Assembly: GCF_006345805.1 (NCBI RefSeq)
Contig: NC_043010.1
Span: 15,004,001 to 15,068,000, forward strand
Direction of reading: 5' to 3'
Origin: Octopus sinensis
Taxonomy: Eukaryota
Length of the DNA: 64,000 bases
The position numbers and the translations under genes are program-made. The notes below the pieces were generated by a model. That model saw only the letters and a program-made list of their open reading frames with translations. It ran no database searches and was not told the origin of the DNA. Positions 36,497 to 50,012 of the stretch are shown here, piece after piece (position 1 is the stretch's first letter; every line of letters starts with the position of its first letter).

Positions 36497-36578
<82 letters not shown>

Positions 36579-36664
36579 TGATTCTTTATTAGCCACACAG
36601 TGCTGCACACCTACTTACCTACCTGCATACCTACATATCCACCGCTGTATATATATCAGTGCTG

Positions 36665-36694
<30 letters not shown>

Positions 36695-36695
<1 letters not shown>

Positions 36696-36895
36696 ATTCG
36701 TTAGCTACTGCACGCATTTTTTTTCTCTCCTTCTTTCTGTGTTTTTCTCTCTCTGTGTATCTTTCTGTTGAAGAGCGTAGGCTCGAAACGTTAAAGACTT
36801 GTTTTATTTATATTTCCTGAGCGCCATACTAATACAATTGTTCGTTTGTTTTCCACCTGCCTTCGTCTTTTGTTTATTTTCATAAAGCTTCCCGT
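36695..36895 (+). mobile_element. Family P1 element with minimal hammerhead variant, between (TA)n tracts
   Basis: TCTTT-CTGTTGA-A-GAGC-GTAG-GCTC-GAAA-CG-TT-AAAGA (36760-36797). Confidence 0.7.
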
Positions 36896-36928
<33 letters not shown>

Positions 36929-37307
36929 GTGAATGTATATACGTGTGTATATTTGTGTGAATATGCATATGTATTCAAGGTGGGTGTGTGCGGGAAAGTT
37001 CTTGCCTTTGGGCGAAAGAAAATAAAGCAAGATTAATTAATTATAATTTTATTGAGTATATTCCCCTCTCAGATTCACCCACATATTATAGGGGTCCTGT
37101 TGTTTTTCTAAGCTCTGTAGAACACGGAATCTTGGGGCTCTAGCCAGGCCTTTCGCGACACCCTTAAAACCAGAATCTTTTCAGCACTCCCTCGTGTATA
37201 CGTGTATATTTGTATACATGTATACATATATGTATACATATTTGTATACATGTATACATATATGTATACATATTTGTATACATGTATACATATATGATAT
37301 ATATGTA

Positions 37308-37512
37308 TGCCGCCATGATAGATCGTTAGCCACCACACACATTTTTTCTCTCCTTGTTTCTCTCCTTGTTTTTCCGTGTCCCTTTCTGTAGAAGAGCGTA
37401 GGCTCGAAATGTAAAAAACTTTTTTTCTATTCCTGAGCGTTATACTAATACATCTGTTTGTTTGTACACCACCTGTCTTCGTCTTTTGTTTTTTTTTTCG
37501 TAAAATCTCCCT
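37308..37512 (+). mobile_element. Family P1 element
   Basis: CTTT-CTGTAGA-A-GAGCGTAGGCTC-GAAA-TGTA (37382-37413); near identical to the 29655 copy. Confidence 0.7.
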
Positions 37513-37530
37513 ATATTTGTATATAGGTAC

Positions 37531-37568
<38 letters not shown>

Positions 37569-37582
37569 CATATATATATATA

Positions 37583-37976
37583 TCTTTATATATAAAAGTG
37601 AAGTTGTGTGTCTGTCTCCTACAATTTAGATTCCTAACTACTCCCACATTTTGCGGTGCAGTGTAACCAAAACCGGGTATCTTATAGTTGTGATTCATAT
37701 CGAGCCCTTCTGGGTATTAGCGCGCGTCTACGACGAGTCTACGATTTAAAAAAAAAATTATCATTTTTTTTCCATTTTAATGCATTTTTTCGCTATTATA
37801 TAAGGGGCGTAACTCTCTAAAAATGTCTACGATGAATCCACGATTTAAAAAAGAAATTACCATCATTTTTTTTCCATTTTAATGCATTTTTTTGCTATTT
37901 CTTGGCTATAACTCTCTAAAAATGCTTTATAGTTATTTCCCTTACAAACCCGAGCAACGCCGGGCGATACTGCTAG
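37583..37976 (+). mobile_element. Non-autonomous Helitron, complete
   Basis: A|TC 5' end, CCCGAGCAACGCCGGG hairpin 37949-37964, CTAG|T 3' end, no TSD; internal ~90-bp tandem duplication. Confidence 0.92.
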
Positions 37977-38564
37977 TTACTAATATCTGAAAAGTGTGTT
38001 AGAGTTACTGTCACTATTCCTCGGCAGTATCGAAGTAAATTCTTATAACTGGAACCCAGTACGTTGAGCGTAACTTTCCTTTCTCTCCCTTTGTCTATTG
38101 TTAATATTTGTTACGATATTTGCTACTCTAATGATTTAAATGAAAACTTACTCTTCGATATCCATCTGCAAAGAAAAAGAAACCATCAAAACAAGACAGA
38201 TATTTAAGTGAACTGGTCAACATCTCCCAATAGTAATATCGACAATCTACAGTCAAAACTATGCCATAAACACGTCGATATCTGACATGTAGCGCCCGTT
38301 GCACCTGTTCAGGAAATGTCGATCTGATGGAGGGAGTAAGCTTATGTCTACGCAAACATTTGATCACCATAAACAAATCATGTGTGCTTGTTCGGCAACA
38401 AATTGTCAAATCCTTATACGTCGTATATATATATAACCTTTTGGCTGCTATTTTTCAGTATGATGTTCAAGTATTATTTTTATATGTGCTGAGCCCTTAA
38501 TTATATAAAATATATATATTATATATGTGTGTGTGTGTGTGTGGTGTGTGTGTGTCTGTGGATC

Positions 38565-38673
38565 TATCTATCTATCCACCTACCTACCTACCTACCCACC
38601 TACCTACCTACCTACCTACCTACCTACCTATCTAACTACCTACCTGCCTGCTTACGTACCTATCTATCTATCC

Positions 38674-38740
<67 letters not shown>

Positions 38741-38760
38741 AATCAACCTACCTTCCTACG
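38565..38760. repeat. (TACC)n/(TATC)n microsatellites
   Basis: Visible. Confidence 0.95.
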
Positions 38761-38774
38761 TACGTATGAGTAAC

Positions 38775-39045
38775 AGCGTGTGGCTTAGTGGTTAAGGTAT
38801 TCGGTTCACGATCATAAAATCACGAGTTCGATTCTCGCAGTTGCTTTGTGTCCTTGAGCAAGACATTTCCTTTCATTTTGCCCCAGCTTACTCATCTGCC
38901 AAAAATCAGTAGTACTCGGTATTTCGAACGGCTAGACTCGTCACATACTGTGTCATGCTGAATTTCCCCGAGAACGACGTCAAGTGTGGTCCAGTCTGTG
39001 GAGTGCTGAGCACACGTATATATATATCTGTGTATGTTTGTGTGT

Positions 39046-39119
<74 letters not shown>

Positions 39120-39236
39120 GTGTGTGTGTGGTGGTGTGCGTCTCTTCCTGCTTCTGTTTGCACATTAAATTCATGGGCAGACTGTTCCGTTGGTCGGATC
39201 AGCTGAAACCCTGGTCGTTGTAAGCGACGGAGTGCG
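38775..39236 (+). mobile_element. Diverged SINE-B-type element split by a (TA)n/(TG)n tract
   Basis: TGGCTTAGTGGTTAAGG...GAGTTCGATTC head; GTCTGTGGAGTGCTGAGC and GTCGTTGTAAGCGACGGAGTGC tail. Confidence 0.7.
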
Positions 39237-39325
39237 AATTATATACGTATACATAGATAAATAGATATACACACATAAGTGAGAGGGAACGAGAGAGAGT
39301 GACATAGAGAGAGAGAGTGTGTATG

Positions 39326-39365
<40 letters not shown>

Positions 39366-40293
39366 TGTGTGTGTGTGTGTGTAATTGTAATTTTATCCAT
39401 ACTAATTGTGACGACACAAGGCTATCATAAATTATTCTTTCTTCTACACACCAGGATCTAAAATAAAACCTTGTGATTGAAAAGCGATTTTCTTAACCAC
39501 ACGTTCGTGCGCCTATCACTAAAAAATAAACACCCGACAAGCAAAAGAAGCTGTTACGCGATTATTCGACATGCAAGAAAATCTCCCTCTTATCATATCC
39601 ATTTCCGAAAATACACTTTGGATTATGCGTTTCACTCTGTCTTGCAAAATAGGAAAAAAAAAAAACCCAAAAAACCGGATGGTTACAAACAAAATGCATC
39701 TCACCAATGGTTCGACCAGATCACGCCTGGAGTTAAAGATCATCAACATACTTACTGTCAAACGAACCATGTATCTTTTGATTATCTAGTGTCTACATGC
39801 CTGATTACACCAGACAGAGTCGGTTGTTTTGAATCTCTGCATTAAGAAATTATTTAAATTCTTACATTTCAATTGTGTTATCTTGCTGTGATAATACCTC
39901 ATCTTAATATCAATATACTGGGCAACGAACTGATTCTCAAACTTGTGTGCATAAACGATGCTCTGACGAAACGAAAATAGCAACAACAAGTGAATGTACA
40001 AGAAATTCTTGTGCGTTTATCGGTTATTGTTGCTTTGCCCTGTCATCTAGAAACACGTGTGTTTGAAGAACCTCAATGTTTTACGGTTACTTAGCTTGAG
40101 AAACTTAAAATGCATGACTTACATACATATATATATTACACACGCACACACTCACACACACACACATACACACACACACACATACACACGCACATGTTAT
40201 TTCTCTCTTCCTCTGTATCAGTCTAACTTCTCTGCCCCTCTCTCTGTTCCTCTCTCGCTCTCTCTCTCTCTCCTTATATATATATAATATAAC

Positions 40294-40324
<31 letters not shown>

Positions 40325-40503
40325 GATAGATAGATGCATATATAGCGAGAGAGGAAGAGAGAGCGAGAAAGAGAGGGAAGGCGGGAGGGAGAGATGTTAG
40401 ACATATAGGGGAAGAGAAAAATAATACAGGTCAAATAATGTGAGTAATCCACAAAATAATGACCTATGTGGAACAAACATTAAAAGCAGCACTGCATAAA
40501 CTC

Positions 40504-40600
<97 letters not shown>

Positions 40601-40603
40601 CCC

Positions 40604-40661
<58 letters not shown>

Positions 40662-40839
40662 ATCTATCTATCTATCTATCATCTATCTATCTACCTATCT
40701 ATTATCTATCTATTTATATATTTATCTCTCTATCTATCTATCTATCTATCTATCATCTATCTCTTTCTTTCTCTCTCTCTCTCTCTATATATATACATCT
40801 ACCTACCTATCTATTTATCTATCTGTCTATCTATCTATC

Positions 40840-40871
<32 letters not shown>

Positions 40872-40963
40872 TATGTATGTATATCACTCATATGTATGTA
40901 TGTATCTATGTACCTATGTATATATGTATATGTATATATATATATCTATATATATATTAGATA

Positions 40964-40994
<31 letters not shown>

Positions 40995-40995
40995 A
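40504..40995. repeat. (TATC)n and (TA)n microsatellites
   Basis: Visible. Confidence 0.95.
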
Positions 40996-41447
40996 TATGG
41001 GCGTGAGAGACAGACAAGCAGACAGACAGAGAAAAGAATGCGAAACTATGAGAGAAGGAGAGAAAGAATACCAAAGCAGGATGGATGCAACAAATAGTAA
41101 ACGAACGTTGCTTCGTTACAGACTTCCGATTACCAAAATCATTTGTGCGGTACGTCTGCTTGTAGCAATGTCAGTGAGCAGAATCATATATTATTGTACT
41201 TCACTGAATACCTGTTTCTTTAACAGATCATAAAATATTCTTTCGTTGTTTTGGATATTCATATATACATATAGGTGTAAGATTATATACATAAAGACAT
41301 GAATACGTACGATGTATACAATGCAATGGAAGATTAAATAAAAATGTAATAACGAATGAAGACAATGGATGAGAAGAATACTGGTAGAAGCCAAAAGTAT
41401 AAAACGACAAAGAAATTATATATCAGCCAACCTTATATTGTTTTTTG

Positions 41448-42279
41448 GGATCTTTTCGGTTTGAACGGCAGCTTTTTCTAGCGGTGTCATATGAAATTGT
41501 CACCCATAATTATGACCCTAGAATCGATCTATTGCATTTCAATCTCTTTTAGGGTTAGGATTAGTTAGGGTTAGGGTTAGGGGTGGGGGAAGGATATCAG
41601 AAACCTGGACGTTATCAAAGAAGCTTGAGAGGCGGTTGGATGGAACCTACACTCGCCTCCTTATGAGAGCTCAAAATCTCTCGTGGAAGCATCATCCAAC
41701 CAAAATGCAAATATATGGGAAACTACCACCTGTGTCATCTCTTGTGAAAGGTAGGAGAGTCCAGTTTGCTGGACATTGTTTTAGAGCTGAAAACGAGGCA
41801 ATTTCTACTCTTCTCCTCTGGAAGCCATCTACTCGCAATACCAGAGGGCGCACACTCTCCTACCCTGATGTAATCTCCAGGGATACAGGCATTCAACAAC
41901 AGGACCTCCGTAATGCTATGATGGGCCGTGAAGTCTGGCGTAGCATGGTATATTCCATTGTCTCGACCACGGTCGAACAATGATGATGATGATGATGTTT
42001 TTTTTCTTCACAAATGTAAATAAATCCAATCTGTTTCTTAAACGAGGGACATATTCATATGGCACAGAATGTTTTTTAACTCAATAGACGTCACTGATTG
42101 GTTGAAATTGCAGAAATTGAAGATAAAAAACAACAAATATCTTTCAAACTATAGAATTTTCTCAATAAAGCCAACAGAAAAAGATGTTTTATAAACACAT
42201 TCTACCAGTATACGAAGATAAAATTTTTTTAGTTACCTAGAAATTATGTTAAAAACTGCCGTCCAAACCGAAAAAATCC
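41448..42279. mobile_element. Second GG...CC MITE copy (opposite orientation), 8-bp TSD GTTTTTTG, carrying a nested LINE
   Basis: TSD 41440-41447 and 42280-42287; TTAGGG repeats 41549-41582. Confidence 0.92.
41599..41997 (+). mobile_element. 5'-truncated RTE/RTEX-like LINE 3' end with (GAT)n tail
   Basis: Reads TWTLSKKLERRLDGTYTRLLMRAQNLSWKHH...RRVQFAGHCFRA...LLLWKP; second copy at 56012. Confidence 0.85.
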
Positions 42280-43038
42280 GTTTTTTGAGTCGACACACAC
42301 CAACACATGTAATTCAAAAACCTGTTCCGTTATAGTAGTAAGTATTTTACTGGATGTTAATGTGGTAAGAAAACTATCAAAAGAATGAAAATCTCTATGA
42401 ATTATTGAATAAATGTCTCTAGAACCAGTACTGAAAGCATATTCTCAGCTTAATGTTCATTATTTTTCGTACAAAAGAATATCCATCAGGTTATAAATGA
42501 ACTTGGATTCTCGGAGAACTTCAATAGACTCCCTAAATTGTTTACTGTCGATGATTGCCATTTGAGAGGCAACAATAATTTGTAAGACGTAAAGGATTTT
42601 TTATGGTGAATAGTTGCTTATATAATGACTGTAAAAAGAAAATATTATGTTTCATTTCAAGAGATTTTCATTGCAAATTTACCATCAAGAGGGTAGCAAA
42701 CAAACATCTATCTATCTATTTTCGCCTCTCACTTATTCGGTCGCTTGTATTTGCGATCGCCTCTTTTCAGTCATTTCCAACATTCATGACCATAGGTAAG
42801 AATACGCACAAAAACCGAACTAAAGATAGCAAGTTTAGTCTTTGCCATCCGAGCATGAAAAAAAAAAAGGATTTAAATGATGTTAACTGGAGCGCTGCCA
42901 TTTCGATTGTTTGTTATTGCAATCCTAAAACTGGAAATAATTACAAAATATCTGGTGGATAAATGAAGTTCTAATATCCCAAAATAAGTTGTGGATTGTG
43001 GATTGTGTGACATTTCTAAGGAAGATATTGCAATTATT

Positions 43039-43427
43039 GTGGAGGCGCAATGGCCCAGTGGTTAGGGCAGCGGACTCGCGGTCATAGGATCGCGGCTTCG
43101 ATTCCCAGACCGGGCGTTGTGAGTGTTTATCGAGCGAAAACACCTAAAAGCTCCACGAGGCTCCGGCAGGGGATGGTGGTGATCCCTGCTGTACTCTTTC
43201 ACCACAACTTTCTCCCACTCTTACTTCCTGTTTCTGTTGTACCTGTATTTCAAAGGGCCGGCCTTGTCACTCTCTGTGTCACGCTGAATATCCCCGAGAA
43301 CTACGTTAAGGATACATGTGTCTGTGGAGTGCTCAGCCACTTACACGTTAATTTCACGAGCAGGCTGTTCCGTTGATTCGGATCAACCGGAACCCTCGTC
43401 GTCGTAACCGACGGAGTGATTCCATCC
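43039..43427 (+). mobile_element. SINE-B, full length, TSD ATTGCAATTATT
   Basis: Direct repeats 43027-43038 and 43428-43439. Confidence 0.92.
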
Positions 43428-43565
43428 ATTGCAATTATTAGCAAATAATACGTCCTTGCTCAAGGATGCAATGCGTCGTCAGGAATCGAACTCAAGTCCT
43501 TACGATCGTGAAGCAGATACTATAACCATTAAGCCACTTACATTCGCACACACACACCACACACA

Positions 43566-43596
<31 letters not shown>

Positions 43597-44324
43597 ACTG
43601 TTTGCTTTGGTACCAACATCTTTTTTTTTTATCAAAGATTATAAATTCACATTGATATTAATAATTCTTGATGCAACAGAAGGTGGCAATCTAAAAAATT
43701 ATGGATTTTGAAACCGAGAAAACTACTAATATGCAAGTTGCAAATGCAATCTGAAAGCGGATTAACAAAAATATCCAAGATATCTCTAAAGTTCAGAACT
43801 TAGCATTTATAATTTCTGTCATCTAAATTCTCGCAATGGAGCTATCTTTATTAGAAACCAGTTACTTCTCGATAGAATTAATTCAAGTGTACTGAAAGCG
43901 GATTCCAAATAAACTTTCTTCAGAAAACTGATTATAGCAGCGACTCCACCTAAGAATATCTCAAGAAGGAATTTTATTCCGAAATATCCTCACACTATGG
44001 ATGACTAAATTACAACAGGTATATAGCCCATTGTCTATATTATAGTGCATTGTTGTACCATTCAAAACTTTTTAATATTCTTTAAAACGAGAAAAATATA
44101 AAGAAAGAGAATCGAAAGATACATACATATGAAACTAAGAAGGGAAGTTTAAAATCAGTCGCCACAGTGTTCGTGCATCGTAATACATCATGTAAGTAAA
44201 ATAAGCTAAATTACACAGGTAAAACTAACACGTCAAACACCGTACTTTGCATTGCTTATTTTTTCGCTGAAATTAATGTATGTAATATAATTATTTATCC
44301 TAAGTCGGCGAGCTGGCAGAAATG

Positions 44325-44716
44325 TTAGCACCCCGGGCGAAATGCTGAGCAGTATTTCGCCTGTCTCTGCGTTCTGAGTTCAAATTCTGCCGAGGTCGAC
44401 TTTGCATTTCATCCTTATGGGGTCGATAAATTAAGTACCAGTTACGCACTGGGGTCGATATAATCGACTTAATCCGTTTGTCTGTCCTTGGTTGTCCCCT
44501 GTGTGTTTAGCCCCTTGTGGGTAGTAAAGAAATAGTTATTTCGTCTGCCGCTACGTTGTGAGTTCAAATTCCGCCGAGGTCGACTTTGCCTTTCATCCTT
44601 TCGGGGTCGATTAAATAAGTACCAGTTACGCACTGGGGTCAGTCTAATCGACTTAATCCGTTTGTCTGTCCTTGTTTGCTCCCTCTATGTTTAGCCCTCT
44701 GTTGAAAATAAAGAAA
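44325..44716 (+). mobile_element. SINE-C, head plus two tandem bodies
   Basis: Body repeated at 44353 and 44537. Confidence 0.9.
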
Positions 44717-45712
44717 TGAATATAATTCTTTATCGTGTTTTTGTATGAGCGAAGGTGCGGATATGGCTGCCATGTGGTTTCGGGTTCAGTCGTACGGCGC
44801 AGCACCTTGGGTAAGTGTCTTTTATACCATACCCCGAATCAAGTATTTGTCTCCTCACCACTACTCAATTCTATTGGCTTTAGTACTGAACTGGTACTTA
44901 TTTCATCGACTCAGAAAAGAGGAAAAGCTGAGTTGACGTGACGGAATGTAAGAACCGGAAAAAGTATCGCTATCCATTTTTTTCTCTACGCTCTAACGAT
45001 TCTGTGAGCTCGCCGCCCTCTTCCTAATGATGAAATAACAACATCAACAACAACAGCAACACTAATATGATGATGATGATGATGATGATGATGTGTATAT
45101 GGAATAGTTGTAAATTAATTAAAATTATATCTGCAATATCACTGAAAACTAACACTGATAAAGCTCTGGAATGTTATTAAGGGAAATAATTACCAAGAAG
45201 CATCGTTTATGCAAATCAGCGTATCCAGTTTCCTAATGTCCGTAATAATAGTGGCTATAAATACAATATTACCACAAAGTTAGAAATGATCAGTCAACTG
45301 TTGATAAAATTTAATTATATCATTATTATCTAATGAATTATAATTAATTTATGCATGTATAGCTTCAATCTGTGGTGTATCACAGCTCCGGATTATAAAC
45401 TCCTGGATATTATTACTTCGTAAAAAAATAGCACGAAGCAGAAGACGAAATGTTGGCGGCAGCTAGATTGCTTTTGACTGTAGGCTTGCTCTGTAAGTTT
45501 GACTAATGGATAAACAAGGCGTACGTACAATGTCACGATAAGTCAATGATATGATTCCTATGTGGCCGTTCGATCTTCTCGAAATAACCATCACATCTGC
45601 TCCAGTATTCTATTCCCAGAAGAGAACAGGGTGTTGAAAAAACTCCCAAAAAAATTGCTATTGTCAATTCAAATTTCGTGTCTTTCCTGACCTAATCTCA
45701 CCAATGTTGGGT

Positions 45713-46100
45713 AATGTCCAAATTAGGATCACGATTAGAAGCATCCGAAATGTAGTTCCTCCGAAGGGTTTCTGTAGTTACGTTACATGACAGTGTGCAT
45801 AGCTCGAGAATCGGGGGAGTGTCTTCTGGTCAAGCTGCTACTTTTCCGCATTGAGAGGTCACATCTAGTAGTATACTACGGAAGTGTGATTACGATGTCG
45901 TAGCCGAATCGTCCGACAGGTAACTTAGCGTTAGAACAATAACGTGGTGGCTGGATAATATCGATAGTCTCCCTTGGTCCCGTTTGGGAATACAGCGGAA
46001 AGGTGTAATGACGATTTCTTATGATTGAACCTTATGCAAGAGGTGTCTGAGGCATCTAACCCCATCACACTACCAAGAGTAATGGCTGAAAAATATTGCA
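45713..46100 (+). pseudogene. Old RTE-clade LINE ORF2 C-terminal remnant
   Basis: SRLEASEM*FLRRVSVVTLHDSVHSSRIGECLLVKLLLFRIERSHL resembles RTE AEMRFLRR..GVT..DRVRS..IRE.L.VEPLL..IERSQL. Confidence 0.7.
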
Positions 46101-46211
46101 GGAAGGATCTCCTTCAAATAAGACTTTGCGTCATAAAAAGAAACACATTGGTCAATGTAGTCCATACATTGGGCCTTAATGATTGGGGTCTCAGATTTGT
46201 AATATTGTATC

Positions 46212-46712
46212 TTTTACTCTTTTACTTGTTTCAGTCAATTGACTGCGGCCATGCTGGAGCACCGCCTTTAGTCGAGCAAATCGACCCCCAGGACTTATTC
46301 TTTGTAAGCCTGGTACTTATTCTATTGGTCTCTTTTGCAGAACCGCTAAGTTACGGGGACGTAAACACACCAGCATCGTCAAGTGATGTTGGGGGGACAA
46401 ACGCAGACACACAAACACACACACACACACACACATACATATATATGACGGGCTTCTTTCAGTTTCCCTCTATCAAATCCACTCAAAAGGCTTTGGTCGG
46501 CCCGAGGCTATTGTAGAAGACACTTGCCCGAGGTGCCACGCAGTGGGACTGAACCCGGAACCATGTGGTTGGTATACATATATACGACAAAAGAGATCGA
46601 TAGAATAAGTACTAGCCTTACAAAGAATAAGTCCCGGGGTCGATTTGCTCGACTAAAGGCGGTGCTCCAGCATGGCCACAGTCAAATGACTGAAACAAGT
46701 AAAACAGAAAGA
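46212..46712. mobile_element. SINE-A (-, 46212-46572) joined to an inverted SINE-A 3' end (+, 46586-46712)
   Basis: The two ends are reverse complements over ~125 bp. Confidence 0.85.
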
Positions 46713-47029
46713 AAGAGAAATCCCCAGCTTGATGTCTAAATAAACGAAGGAGACATTGAATGACCCAGTCCCACACACCAGTACACACACAATATATATA
46801 TTTGTATAAAATTCTGGTTGATGTGCGCCATACTGAGAGACTGCTAGGATTGAGGGGCCTCTCAGCTCTTCTTAAGGCATGTCTCTAGGAGAAGGTCACT
46901 CTGATATAAACCCAGGTATGCAGGGAATGACATCGAATATTTGGGGGATTTTTTGCATGTGTTTGAGATCATGTTGTTCCCACATTCCTGAGCCTGCTAT
47001 ACATATGGGCAATGTTTATCTTGCCCATA

Positions 47030-47467
47030 TGTAGCGGCAGATGAAATACCCATTCCTTTACTACCCACAAGGGGCTAAACACAGAGAGGACAAACAAGGA
47101 CAGACAAACGGATTAAGTCGATTATATCGACCCCAGTGCGTAACTGGTACTTAATTTATCGACCCCGAAAGGATGAAAGGCAAAGTCGACCTCGGCGGTA
47201 TTTGCACTCAGAATGTAGCGGCAGACGAAATACCTATTTCGTTACTACCCACGAGGGGCTAAACATAGAGGGGACAAACAAGGACAGACATAGGTATTAA
47301 GTCGATTACATCTACCCCAGTACGTAACTGGTACTTAATTTATCGACCCCGAAAGGATGAAAGGCAAAGTCGACCACGGCGGAATTTGAAATCACAACGT
47401 AACGGCAGACGAAATACCGCTAAGCATTTCGCCCGGCGTGCTAACGTATCTGCCAGCTCGCCGCCTT
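47030..47467 (-). mobile_element. SINE-C, head plus two tandem bodies
   Basis: Body repeated at 47050 and 47235. Confidence 0.9.
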
Positions 47468-47563
47468 CATATGTATATATATATTAAAGCTTGAAAAATC
47501 TTTGATCGATGGTCTGCTATTATAAGGGCTGCCCTGGGGTAAGCAGACACAGACACAGACACA

Positions 47564-47600
<37 letters not shown>

Positions 47601-47879
47601 CACACACAAACACACACATACAAAATTATAAAAACAAGAATAAAAAGACAGAAACAACTACCGCAATGGGTGCATCGTCCGTTGCAAGAGTTTTTATCGT
47701 TTGTTTTTTCTTGCCGTTTTACTTTCTTCCATCTTTATTTTCTCCTCCATCATACCGGGATATTTCGAAGAAATTTTAAAATTTCTCAAGAGAGTGGTGA
47801 GCTATCAACTGTCACAGAAGGCGAAAGTTGGTAAGGAATTAAAATGGCATTTCTCCAAGAACTGGTCGCACAAAGTGTA

Positions 47880-48497
47880 GCTGTGGGGTTGATGTTAGCG
47901 GTGATGTTGTTGGCATGGCGACCTTGAGAGTAGAAGTGAGAGTCTTGAAAGAATTGGTGATGCTGATGTTGGATATAATGGGGGTGATGTTGCGTGTAGT
48001 GGTGGGGTAGGATGTAGCGGTGATGACTTGTGGTAGTAGCAGTGGTGGTGTTATGACGATAATAGTGGCGGTTTTGCAAGTCTTGAAGGTATAGGTGGTA
48101 GTGTTGTGGTGCTTGTAGTTGTTGTGGTTGCGTTTGTGGTAATGGTATCGGTGGTAGTGTTGTAGTGGTGTTGATGTCGTTGATGGTGTTGGAGGTAGTG
48201 GATGTGCTGGTGGTAATGGCATCGGTGGTTGTGGAGGTAGTGTATGAGGTATTGCTGACTGATGTAGCGTTTGTAGTAGTAGAGTGTCGGTAGTGGTGGT
48301 GGTGGTGGTGGTGGTGGTGACGGTTGTGGTGTTGTTGGTGGTGGTAGTTGCAGAGTTGGTAGTAGTGCTTGTGAGGTTTGTGATGCAGCGTAAGTAGTTG
48401 TTTCGAAACAGTAGTAGTAGTAGTAGTTAGTGGCGTTGGCGATTGCAGTGGCTATGCTCGTATTAGTAGTGGTAGCAGCCGCCGCCTCCGCCTCCGC

Positions 48498-48546
<49 letters not shown>

Positions 48547-48655
48547 ATAGTAGTAGTAGTAGTAGTCGCAGTAGCAGCAGCAGTGACACTTGTTGATTGT
48601 GAATAAAATTCGCTTTCATTGAAAGAAAACCAATACCGCCACCACCACCACCACC

Positions 48656-48687
<32 letters not shown>

Positions 48688-48700
48688 CAACAACAACAAC
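47880..48700. repeat. Degenerate (GGT/GTA/GTT)n low-complexity tract followed by (ACC)n(AAC)n
   Basis: Visible. Confidence 0.85.
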
Positions 48701-48931
48701 TCTAAACTGAAAACAAAATGTCTGCGGAGGCAAAGGGTTTAATGAAGAAGTTTGTATTAATTCCAGTTGACACGAAATTAAAATCGTATTAATTAGAGCA
48801 ACTTAGCTCTAAACTTGAGAGTCAACGACTTGTCTCTATTGTTATATAGGATTTCTTCATTACGTGGTTTTCTAGTATGTACGAGGGATTTCCTTGCATG
48901 GCTCTCTTCTGACGCGATGCGGTGTATGTGT

Positions 48932-48962
<31 letters not shown>

Positions 48963-49605
48963 TGTGTGTATCAGTGTGTGCGTCTTGTGAAATTGTAATC
49001 ATATATACGGGAGTTTTATGACGTGTGTAATATTTGTACGTGGACGTGTGTGCGTGCGTGTATGTGTGTGTGTAATGTGTGATACTAATGCGTGCGTATG
49101 TATGTGTGTAGTGTGAGATTAAAGTATGACAACATATGTGTGAGTGTATATATATATGTGTGTGAGTGTATGTGTGTGGATGCGTGTGCATGTGTGTGTG
49201 TTTGTGTATGTTGTGTGTATCAATGTGTGTGTGTGTGTGTGTGTGCGTATGTACGTGTGTGTGGGGGGAGGGTGTATGTGTGTGTGTGTAATGTGTGGTA
49301 CTAATGCGTACATATGTATGTGTGTAGTGTGCGATTAAAGTGTGACATTGCATGTGTGAGTATATATATATACATGTGCGTGTGTGTGTGTGTGTGCGTG
49401 TGCGTGCGTGCGTGCATGTGCGTGTGTTTGTGCGTGTTGTGTGTATCGGTGTGTGCGTGTGTTTGTGTGTGTTGTGTGTATCGGTGTGCGCGTGTGTGTC
49501 TTTGTGAAATTGTAATCATATACACGGGAGTTTTATTTGTGTATATGTTTGTACGTGGGCGTGTATGTGTGAGTATATATATATATATATATAATATATT
49601 ATATA

Positions 49606-49636
<31 letters not shown>

Positions 49637-49773
49637 TAGTGCTGCGAGTGTATGCTTAGTGTGTATGTGCACGTGTGTATGTGTGTGTATATGTGTGTAC
49701 TGTATGGTATTATATTGTAGGTTGATAGTGTGGTGCCTCTGAATATATCTGTGATTTGTAGTGTATGCGTGTG

Positions 49774-49893
49774 TGTTTGAGTGAGTGTTTGAGTGAGTGT
49801 TTGAGTGAGTGTTTGAGTGAGTGTTTGAGTGAGTGTTTGAGTGAGTGTTTGAGTGAGTGTTTGAGTGAGTGTTTGAGTGAGTGTTTGAGTGAG
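49774..49893. repeat. Perfect 12-bp tandem repeat (TGTTTGAGTGAG) x10
   Basis: Visible; gives CLSE x10 in the ORF track. Confidence 0.95.
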
Positions 49894-50012
49894 TGTGTGT
49901 GTGTGTATATTGTGTCTTTCTGTATTATTTACAGTATTTGCACATTTTGTGCCTACGTTTAATGTTTATGTATATACTGTGCATGGGTATAAATTTTATT
50001 TATATACTTGGG

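Noticed and set aside
38128-38409. 93-aa ORF in unique sequence
   Set aside because: Non-ATG start, no recognisable motif or splice support.
41549-41582. Telomere or chromosome-fusion relic
   Set aside because: The TTAGGG units are internal to a MITE that occurs twice in the window.
47786-48222. His/Thr-rich mucin-like ORFs
   Set aside because: Degenerate (ACC/ACT)n low-complexity DNA with frequent stops and frame changes.
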